From: Trueperaceae bacterium
Lineage (GTDB): Bacteria > Deinococcota > Deinococci > Deinococcales > Trueperaceae
Direction: 5' to 3'
Assembly (NCBI GenBank): GCA_965215565.1
Contig: CBDCDZ010000004.1
Coordinates: forward strand, 1,312,001 to 1,376,000
Length of the DNA: 64,000 bases
Numbering within the stretch: the stretch's first letter is position 1; every line of letters starts with the position of its first letter. Shown here one piece after another: positions 56,500 to 64,000 of the stretch. Made by a program: the position numbers and the translations under genes. A model generated the notes under the pieces. It was given only the letters and a program-made list of their open reading frames with translations, ran no database searches and was not told the origin of the DNA.

Positions 56500-57560
56500 T
56501 CTTTACGCAGCTCATCTTGGGCACGTTGGGCGTGCTGGGCGTCGCCACGAGCGCGCCCGAGCTGTGGCCCGCCCACCTCTTGCGCGTGCTCGCAGGGCTC
56601 GCCCTCACCTTTTTAGCCTCGCGCGTCTCGCCGCAGCGCGTGGTGCGCCTCAGCCCTTACGCCTACGTGGGCGTGCTCGTTCTCTTGGCGGCGGTCCTCA
56701 TCGTCGGCATCTCGCCCGAAGGCAGCGACGCAAAGCGCTGGCTCGACTTGGGCGTGTTCACACTGCAACCTTCCGAGCTGATGAAGGTGACCGTCATCGC
56801 CTACCTGACGGCTTTTTTTTACAACCACCTGGGTGACTGGCAGATTTGGCGGCCCATGTTCGTCATCGGTTTGGCGGCGGGGCTCATCGTGGCGGAGCCG
56901 GACGTGAGCACGGCGGGCTTTATCTTTCTCTTGGCGTTCGCCATCATGTTAGCGGCGGGCACGACTGTCGTGCGGCTGCTGAGTATTACGACAGCGGCGG
57001 CTATTGTCGCCGTCCTTATCGCAGGACCGTATCTCAGCGAATATACCTATATCGGTGACCGCATCAGGGGCTTTGAAGACCTCTGGGGAGCGCAAGAACA
57101 GGCGCAGACCGAAAGCTATCAGGCGGTGCAGGCGCAACGCACCCTCGTTCGCGCCGGGCTTTTCGGCGTCGGACCGGGCGAGATCATCCGCGTACCGGAG
57201 GCGGACACGGACATGATCGCGATTTCGGTGGCGCACGCGCTCGGGCTTTTAGGTGTAGCGACGCTCTTCGCGCTCTACATCTTTATTGCGTGGCGGGGGC
57301 TGAGCATCGCCTCGAGCCTCGCCGGACCCGGCTCGCTCTTAGCGGCGGGGGCGACGGCCTACATCTGCGGTCAAGCGGCGCTGAATTTACTTGTCGCTTC
57401 AGGTCTCGTGCCCGTAACAGGGATTCCCTTGCCGTTTGTTTCTTACGGGCAAAACAGTCTCTTCTCGGTGGCGATTGCGATGGGGTTCATTCACAGCGCC
57501 TACCGCATTTCTCAGAATCCTGAACTGGCAGCACAAAACGCTAAGGAGAAAACCGCGTGA
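56484..57560 (+). CDS. ftsW: SEDS peptidoglycan polymerase
   Basis: KRWL, LQPSE, EPD, PEADTD, TGIPLPFVSYG. Confidence 0.93.
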   Translation: MDPLLVFTQLILGTLGVLGVATSAPELWPAHLLRVLAGLALTFLASRVSPQRVVRLSPYAYVGVLVLLAAVLIVGISPEGSDAKRWLDLGVFTLQPSELMKVTVIAYLTAFFYNHLGDWQIWRPMFVIGLAAGLIVAEPDVSTAGFIFLLAFAIMLAAGTTVVRLLSITTAAAIVAVLIAGPYLSEYTYIGDRIRGFEDLWGAQEQAQTESYQAVQAQRTLVRAGLFGVGPGEIIRVPEADTDMIAISVAHALGLLGVATLFALYIFIAWRGLSIASSLAGPGSLLAAGATAYICGQAALNLLVASGLVPVTGIPLPFVSYGQNSLFSVAIAMGFIHSAYRISQNPELAAQNAKEKTA

Positions 57561-58717
57561 CTCGCGTTCTCCTCGCGACAGGCGGCACGGGTGGGCACAT
57601 CTACCCGGCGCTCGCCACCGCAGAGGAACTCGCGGCGCGCGGCTACGAAGTTGCCTTCATCGGACAGCGCGGCGGCATGGAGGCGCGGCTCGTGCCGGAA
57701 ACAGGCTTCGACTTTCACGGCGTCCGGGCAGGCAAGTGGCACCGGGGCAGCCCGGACCCGCGTCAGGCGGTTCAGGCGGGGCTGGGGCTATGGGACGCGG
57801 TCAAAGTCGTGCGCGAACTCAAACCGCTCATCGTCGTCGGCTTCGGCGGCTTCGCGAGTTTTCCGGGGTTGGCAGCCGCCACAGCGCTGCGCGTCCCGGT
57901 TGCGCTGCACGAGCAAAACGCGCTTCCCGGCAAGGTCACGCGCTGGTTTGCTCACCGCGCCGCCTTTGTCGCTACCGCCAACGAAGAGGTCGCGGCACAT
58001 TTACCCCTTCACCGGAGCAAACTCGTTCAGGTTGGCGTACCCGTGCGGGAGGCGCGCGTCGATAAACGCGGCGCGCGGCGTCAGCTCGGCTTCGCAGAAA
58101 CGGACGTGCTCACGCTGGTGATGGGCGGAAGTCAGGGGTCTGCCTTTCTCAACGAACACGCGCCGAAAGCGTTCGCGGGCCTCTCTCGGTCCTTACAAGG
58201 ACACTCTCTCAGCGTCTTACACAGCAGCGGCGAGCGGCATCTGAAAGGGGTCAAGGCCCTAGCCGAAGGGGTACCTAACTACCGCGTGGACAGCTTTGTA
58301 GACGCCGTGGTAGCCTGGTCTGCGGCGGATTTAGCGATCACCAGAGCGGGCAACGGCACGCTTGCGGAGGCGGCCTTTCACGGGGTACCTCTCGTGATGG
58401 TCCCGCTCGCCTCTTCGGCCGAAAACCATCAACTGCATAACGCGAGGGCGGTAGCAGCCGCTGGCGCAGGGCGAGTCGTGGAAGAGCGTGACGCAGGGCA
58501 GCTCGCGGCGGCGTGGCAGGCTCTCCTAGTTCCTGCGCCGCGCCGAGCTGCGGCGAAGGCGGCGCGGCAGCGTTCGCCCGAAGGTGCGGCGGCGCGGCTC
58601 GCGCGGCTTATCGACGAATCCGTGAACGCCTCAACGAACACTCGGTCACCAGACAAAGATTTTCACGCGGCGCACGCCTCTCAGCGGGGTGCAAAGCGTG
58701 TTCGGGAGCAACGATGA
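57557..58717 (+). CDS. murG: Lipid II GlcNAc transferase
   Basis: GGTGGHIYP, HEQN, GGSQG, RAG, HQ..N. Confidence 0.96.
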   Translation: MTRVLLATGGTGGHIYPALATAEELAARGYEVAFIGQRGGMEARLVPETGFDFHGVRAGKWHRGSPDPRQAVQAGLGLWDAVKVVRELKPLIVVGFGGFASFPGLAAATALRVPVALHEQNALPGKVTRWFAHRAAFVATANEEVAAHLPLHRSKLVQVGVPVREARVDKRGARRQLGFAETDVLTLVMGGSQGSAFLNEHAPKAFAGLSRSLQGHSLSVLHSSGERHLKGVKALAEGVPNYRVDSFVDAVVAWSAADLAITRAGNGTLAEAAFHGVPLVMVPLASSAENHQLHNARAVAAAGAGRVVEERDAGQLAAAWQALLVPAPRRAAAKAARQRSPEGAAARLARLIDESVNASTNTRSPDKDFHAAHASQRGAKRVREQR

Positions 58718-60087
58718 AGTCTCACTTACATTTTATGGGCATCGGCGGAGTTGGCATGAGTGGCTTAGCCAGGTGGTACGCGGCTGACGGATACAGGGTC
58801 TCGGGGTGCGATATCGGACTCAGCGAGGAGATAGAATCCCTTCAAGATGAGGGGGTAGCGGTGGACTTAGAGCACAACCCCGCCCACGTTGAACACATCG
58901 ACGCCCTCATCAGCACCATGGCTGTGCCCGCGACGCACCCCGAAATCGGCGCGGCGAAAGCGCAGGGCAAGCGCACCCTGCGGCGCATCGAACTCTTGGC
59001 GGAACTTTTAGCCGAACATAAGAGCGTCACGGTGACAGGCACGCACGGCAAGAGCACGACGACGGGCATGATCGCTACGCTCTTTTTGGAAGCGGGTACG
59101 GACCCCTCAGTATTGGTGGGCGGGCAGTTGGACATCGTGGGCGGCAACGTCCGCTACGGGCAGGGCGAGCGCCTCATCGCCGAGGTGGACGAGTCGGACC
59201 CCGGCTTCGCGTACCTCCCTTCCGACATCGCGGTCATCACCAACTTAGAAGATGACCACATCGCAGGCAGCTTCGCCGAGCGGCGCAACTATCACGAGAG
59301 CTTGGACGATTTAGAGCGCGCGACGCAGCGCTTCGCCGAACGCGCTAACTTCGTCCTGTACTGCGCGGATTGGGCGGGCTTAGCGCCGCTCTTGGCAAGC
59401 GACAAAGCTTTCACGTACGGGCTCAGCGAGCACGCGACGTACCGCGCAGAAGTGACGGCGCTGCGGGCGATGGGGAGCAGCTTTAAGTTGCACACCCCTG
59501 ACGGCTGCGTAGAGGTCCACGTGCACGTGCCCGGCGAATACAACGTGCAAAACGCGGCGGCGGCGCTCGCGGCGGCGCATTTAGCGGGGCTCGAGCTAGA
59601 AACCGCCGCCCAGCACCTCAGCAAATTCACGGGCATCGGGCGGCGCTGGCAGAGGCGCGGGAGCGCCCAAGGCGCACTCGTTATCGACGATTACGCGCAC
59701 CATCCGACGGAGGTCAGCGTCACGCTCACGGCTGCTAAGCACACCGGGCGGCGCGTCCGCGCAGTTTTGCAACCTCACCGTTGGGTGCGCACCGCGAGGC
59801 ACTGGCCCGCGCTGGCCGACGCCGCGAGCCTCGCCGACGAAATCATCGTGTTGGATGTCTACGCCGCTGGCGAAAAGGCCATCCCCGGCATCTCGCCCGA
59901 GCTTATCGTGGACCGGCTCCGCGAAGGGGGCAAAAAAGCGAGCTACCACAGCGCCGCCTCAGCGGAGCGCTATTTGGCTGAAACGTTAGAAGAGCGTGAC
60001 TTAGTGATCACCCTCGGCGCGGGCGACGTGTGGCGCGTCGCTGAAGGGATTGTCAGGGCTCGAGGCGGTGACGATGACTCCGCTTAG
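58714..60087 (+). CDS. murC: UDP-MurNAc L-alanine ligase
   Basis: GIGGVGMSG, GTHGKSTT, EVDESD, DDYAHHPTE, QPHR. Confidence 0.97.
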   Translation: MKSHLHFMGIGGVGMSGLARWYAADGYRVSGCDIGLSEEIESLQDEGVAVDLEHNPAHVEHIDALISTMAVPATHPEIGAAKAQGKRTLRRIELLAELLAEHKSVTVTGTHGKSTTTGMIATLFLEAGTDPSVLVGGQLDIVGGNVRYGQGERLIAEVDESDPGFAYLPSDIAVITNLEDDHIAGSFAERRNYHESLDDLERATQRFAERANFVLYCADWAGLAPLLASDKAFTYGLSEHATYRAEVTALRAMGSSFKLHTPDGCVEVHVHVPGEYNVQNAAAALAAAHLAGLELETAAQHLSKFTGIGRRWQRRGSAQGALVIDDYAHHPTEVSVTLTAAKHTGRRVRAVLQPHRWVRTARHWPALADAASLADEIIVLDVYAAGEKAIPGISPELIVDRLREGGKKASYHSAASAERYLAETLEERDLVITLGAGDVWRVAEGIVRARGGDDDSA

Positions 60088-60958
60088 TCCACTTGTAAAG
60101 CGCATGCGCTTAGGTCCGCTGACCACCTTGGGTGTTGGCGGCGAAGCGGAGCTGTGGGAAGTCGGAGACGAGAAGGGATTACGTCAAGCTACCACCGAAG
60201 CCTACCGCGTCTTAGGCGCAGGCTCGAACGTGCTCATCAGCGACGCGGGCGTGCCGGAGCGCGTTATCAAGTTGGGGCGTGCGTACAATACGATTCGTGA
60301 CTTTGACGGAGCGCGTGACCTCTGGTTGGGCGCGGCGACGCCACTGCCCGGTCTGGTGCGCCGCGCCACCGAAGCTGGGCTTTCTGGTCTGGAACCGCTT
60401 CTCGGTATTCCCGCTGTTTTAGGCGGCGCGATCACCATGAACGCGGGCACACGCTTCGGCGAGATGTCCGACGTGCTCCAAGAGGTCGAGGTGTTTGTGG
60501 ACGGAGGACTTCATCTTTTGAATGTCGATGCGTTAGGGCTCGAGTACCGCCATAGTCAACTACCCGAGGGAGCCGTCATCACGAGAGCGAGGCTCCGCCT
60601 CACGCCTTCTACGCCCGAGCGCGTCGCCGCAAAAGTTGCGCAAGTCGACGCCGCCCGCAAAGGTCAGCCCAAGATCAAGTCAGCGGGCTGCGCGTTCAAA
60701 AACCCCCCCGGAGACAGCGCGGGCAGACTCATCGACGTGCACGGGCTTAAAGGTCTGCGCGTCGGCAACGCCCAAGTCTCCTCTGAACACGGCAACTTTA
60801 TCGTCAACTTGGGAGGAGCGAGCGCATGTGACGTGATGGAACTTTTAGAGCAGATTAAAGACAGCGTCAACGTCCCCTTAGAGTCCGAATGGCAACTTTG
60901 GGGCTTCGACATGAAGGGCAACGAACAGGAGGCAGCGTGCGCCGCCCCCTCATGCTAG
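60074..60958 (+). CDS. murB: UDP-N-acetylenolpyruvoylglucosamine reductase
   Basis: GAGSN, MNAG, SAGCAFKNP, HGNF. Confidence 0.96.
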   Translation: MTPLSPLVKRMRLGPLTTLGVGGEAELWEVGDEKGLRQATTEAYRVLGAGSNVLISDAGVPERVIKLGRAYNTIRDFDGARDLWLGAATPLPGLVRRATEAGLSGLEPLLGIPAVLGGAITMNAGTRFGEMSDVLQEVEVFVDGGLHLLNVDALGLEYRHSQLPEGAVITRARLRLTPSTPERVAAKVAQVDAARKGQPKIKSAGCAFKNPPGDSAGRLIDVHGLKGLRVGNAQVSSEHGNFIVNLGGASACDVMELLEQIKDSVNVPLESEWQLWGFDMKGNEQEAACAAPSC

Positions 60959-61542
60959 CGCTTTTGGTTGCGCTTTTTGCGCTCCTCGTTACGACGCGCT
61001 TCTACCCGCAGGTGACGCGCATAGAAGTCTTGGGCGCGTCGCACTACAGCGACGAAGAGATTTTAGCTCTCGCCAACCTAGAGCGCGGGGACCCGCTTCT
61101 CTGGGTCACGAAGTGGCGCAGCGGCGCGCTCGTCCAAGACCCCTGGATACGCCGCGCCCGCATCATCCGTCACTGGCCGGGCACGCTCTCCGTCGCCGTG
61201 TGGGAACGCGAGCCGTTCGCCCGCTTTGGCGAAACGGTCTACGCGGTAGATGGTACAGTGCTCCCTAATGGTTCAACTGAAAGGGAGGAACTAGTGACAC
61301 TGCGCGGTTGGGGTCCAGACCGCACCGACGAGGCGCTCGCGCTCCTTAAGCTCGTCGCACCTTACGAGCCCGAGGTGTTAAGCTACTCGCCGAGCGGTTT
61401 CGACATTCGCTTCTCCGAATCGTCCCCCAAATCGTCGGTGTACACCCCAAGCGTAGAGCTTTTACAGACGCACTGGTCGGGTTTCGCGGGTCAGAGCGAG
61501 AAGCAAATAGCCGTCTACCCCTGGGGAGTGAGCGTACAATGA
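60937..61542 (+). CDS. ftsQ: FtsQ/DivIB POTRA-domain protein
   Basis: TM helix plus IEVLG...PWIRRARIIRHWPGTL..V.ER; position before ftsA. Confidence 0.85.
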   Translation: MRRPLMLALLVALFALLVTTRFYPQVTRIEVLGASHYSDEEILALANLERGDPLLWVTKWRSGALVQDPWIRRARIIRHWPGTLSVAVWEREPFARFGETVYAVDGTVLPNGSTEREELVTLRGWGPDRTDEALALLKLVAPYEPEVLSYSPSGFDIRFSESSPKSSVYTPSVELLQTHWSGFAGQSEKQIAVYPWGVSVQ

Positions 61543-62783
61543 TGGACGAACGTATAGTCGTCGGTTTAGATATCGGCACGACAAAAATCTGCACTGTAAT
61601 TGGTGAAGTCGCCTCGGATGGGGTTTTGGACATTATCGGCGAGGGAACCGTTCCCTCGGATGGTCTACGCAAAGGCGTCGTCGTGAATTTAGAGCGCACC
61701 ATCGCCTCGGTGCGCCAGTCCATCGCGGCGGCGGAGCGCGTCGCGGGCGTCGAGGTCGAGGAAGCGTGGATAGGCGTGGCGGGCAGTCACCTCAAAGCCT
61801 TTACGAGCCACGGCATGGCGGCGATCCGGCGCGGTCAGGAGATTTCAGGTGCGGACGTCGAGCGCACGATCGAGAACGCTAAAGCCGTCCCTTTAGAAGC
61901 CAATATGGACGTCGTCCACGTCATTCCGCAAGAATACGTCGTGGACGGTCAGGACGGCATCAAAGACCCGGTAGGGATGAGCGGAGTGCGGCTCGAGGTC
62001 GACGTTCACATCGTCGCGGGCGCACAAGGTCCGCTGCAAAACCTCTCGCGCTGCGCCAAGGACGCGGGCGTCAGAGTCGAGGGCATCGTCGTCCAATCGC
62101 TCGCTTCGGGTTTAGCCGTTTTGGACGACAGCGAAAAGGAACTCACCACCGTCTTGATCGACATTGGCGGCGGCACCACCGACGTGGGCGTCTTTCGGCG
62201 CGGCACCTTGGCGGACTCCTCGGTCATCCCCTTGGGTGGTGACCACATCACCCAAGACATCAGCCAACTTTTGCGCATCCCGCCCGACGAGGCCGAGCGC
62301 GTCAAGAAGAAGTACGGCGTCGCGATTCCCGACCTCGCGGACCGAGAGGTAGCCTTAGAGGTCGCGCATCCGAACTACACCGCGTCTTTGTCCACCTTCG
62401 AGCTTGCGCAGGTCATCCGCCCTAGGGTCGCCGAAATTTTAGACCTCGTCAAGCGCTCCATCGAACAGCGTATGGGTGCACTCGAACTCCTAGCGGGCAA
62501 CGTCGTCATCACGGGCGGCGCGTCCTTGATGCCTGGGCTAGACCAAGTTGCCACGGAGCGCTTTCGCTTGCCCGTGCGCGTCGGCAAACCCATCAACATC
62601 TCCGGTTTGGACGACGTCGTGGCGAGCCCGGCTCACGCTACTGCCGTCGGGTTGGTACGGTACGGCGTCGAGCATTCGGCTCAGCAAGCTGCGCATTCAG
62701 GTCCGCGCCGAGTCGGCGGGGGCGAGAGCAGCGTCTCGAACTTTTTCAGCAACATCCGCGATTTTCTCAAGGATTTTTTCTAG
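61539..62783 (+). CDS. ftsA: Cell division protein FtsA
   Basis: GLDIGTTKI, DIGGGTTD, ITGG, C-terminal amphipathic helix. Confidence 0.98.
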   Translation: MMDERIVVGLDIGTTKICTVIGEVASDGVLDIIGEGTVPSDGLRKGVVVNLERTIASVRQSIAAAERVAGVEVEEAWIGVAGSHLKAFTSHGMAAIRRGQEISGADVERTIENAKAVPLEANMDVVHVIPQEYVVDGQDGIKDPVGMSGVRLEVDVHIVAGAQGPLQNLSRCAKDAGVRVEGIVVQSLASGLAVLDDSEKELTTVLIDIGGGTTDVGVFRRGTLADSSVIPLGGDHITQDISQLLRIPPDEAERVKKKYGVAIPDLADREVALEVAHPNYTASLSTFELAQVIRPRVAEILDLVKRSIEQRMGALELLAGNVVITGGASLMPGLDQVATERFRLPVRVGKPINISGLDDVVASPAHATAVGLVRYGVEHSAQQAAHSGPRRVGGGESSVSNFFSNIRDFLKDFF

Positions 62784-62847
62784 TGACTTTTTCTGGGGGG
62801 CTTTTCTCAATGGACTATTCTATTCTTTCAGTTTTAAGGAGTAAACT

Positions 62848-63921
62848 ATGACCATCAGCAGCGCAAACATGGATAACGCCGTCATCAGAGTGATTGGTCT
62901 TGGAGGGGGCGGCAACAACGCCGTCAACCGGATGATTGAAGCGGGTTTAGAGGGCGTGCAGTTCGTCGCTGCAAACACCGACGCGCAAGTTTTAACCACG
63001 AGCTTGGCGGACACCCGCATCCAGATGGGCGATCACCTCACGAAAGGCTTGGGCGCGGGCGCGAACCCCGAGATCGGCGAGAAAGCCGCCAACGAGGACC
63101 GCGACCGCATCGCCGAGCAGGTGCGCAACTCCGACTTAGTCTTTATCACCGCCGGGATGGGTGGCGGCACGGGCACGGGCAGTGCGCCCGTCGTGGCGGA
63201 AATAGCCCGCGAACAAGGGGCGCTCACCGTCGCGGTCGTCACCACGCCCTTCAGCTTTGAAGGCCCTAAGCGGATGCGCCAGGCGGAAGAAGGGTTAAGA
63301 CGGCTCGAGGACAAAGTCGACGCCCTCATCGTCGTGGAAAACCAGCGCCTCTTGTCCGCTTTGGACCGCAAGGTCAAGCTCACCGACGCTTTCCGCGTCG
63401 CCGACCGCGTCCTCTACTACGGCGTCAAAGGCATCAGCGACGTCATCAACATGTCGGGTCTCATCAACGTGGACTTCGCCGACGTGCGCGCCCTCCTCTC
63501 GGGCGCGGGCACTGTGCTCATGGGTATCGGCACAGGGCGCGGCGAGCAGCTTGTCGAAGAGGCGGCGAACAGCGCCACGCACAGCCCGCTCTTGGCGCGA
63601 GGTGTCGAGGGCGCGCACCAACTCCTCATCAACATCACGGGCTCGGAAGAACTCACGCTTTTCGACGCCCACGAAATCGTCGAGAAGATCAGCGAAGCCA
63701 CCGAAGTCGAGGACGTCAACGTACTCTTCGGCGTCACCTACGACGAAGCCGCCGCCGACGAGGTGCGCGTGACCGTCATCGCCGCAGGCTTCGACCACAA
63801 CCCGCAGACCAAGATTTTACGCCCCGCCCAACTTCGCGCCGCGGGCGGCGCAGGGCGCTCGTACGACCCCTCGAACTACGACATCCCCGCCTTCTTGCGC
63901 TACAACACGGACGAGAATTAA
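62848..63921 (+). CDS. ftsZ: Cell division protein FtsZ
   Basis: [29 protein letters not shown] tail. Confidence 0.99.
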   Translation: MTISSANMDNAVIRVIGLGGGGNNAVNRMIEAGLEGVQFVAANTDAQVLTTSLADTRIQMGDHLTKGLGAGANPEIGEKAANEDRDRIAEQVRNSDLVFITAGMGGGTGTGSAPVVAEIAREQGALTVAVVTTPFSFEGPKRMRQAEEGLRRLEDKVDALIVVENQRLLSALDRKVKLTDAFRVADRVLYYGVKGISDVINMSGLINVDFADVRALLSGAGTVLMGIGTGRGEQLVEEAANSATHSPLLARGVEGAHQLLINITGSEELTLFDAHEIVEKISEATEVEDVNVLFGVTYDEAAADEVRVTVIAAGFDHNPQTKILRPAQLRAAGGAGRSYDPSNYDIPAFLRYNTDEN

Positions 63922-63924
63922 AAG

Positions 63925-63999
63925 TAGCTCTTAGCCATTAGGTATTAGCTTTTAGCACAACCCTTTCAGCTAGTACCTAACAGCTAACGGCTCATAGCT
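63925..63999. repeat. Heptamer-ladder inverted repeat after ftsZ
   Basis: ttagcca ttaggta ttagctt ttagcac ... gctagta cctaaca gctaacg gctcata. Confidence 0.6.
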
Positions 64000-64000
64000 T

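Overview
GC-rich bacterial chromosome segment, most consistent with Deinococcota (Truepera-like; inferred from leaderless TANNNT promoters, a short GidA-like protein and a dcw cluster lacking murE and ddl). Housekeeping content includes a NitT/TauT-type ABC system with a class III aminotransferase, tig-clpP-clpX, ppa, aroH, hisC-hisB-hisH, rapZ-yvcK, an osmoprotectant ABC system (yehZYXW-like), NhaC, menG/ubiE, rnpB and mraZ through ftsZ. Four things stand out. (1) A compact cluster encoding Spt-like, bCerS-like, CPBP and SDR proteins that looks like a sphingolipid/ceramide pathway. (2) A xanthorhodopsin-like opsin that keeps its retinal Lys but has Y-T-S instead of D-T-E on helix C. (3) A layered family of small repeats: TAGCA...TGCTA MITE-like elements carrying 21-27 nt hairpin cassettes, with one cassette also found inserted in an IS transposase, where it adds a stop codon. 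(4) A three-gene module of XPB helicase, a small protein and a helicase-associated/WYL-like protein. All calls come from motif recognition by eye; no searches were run.
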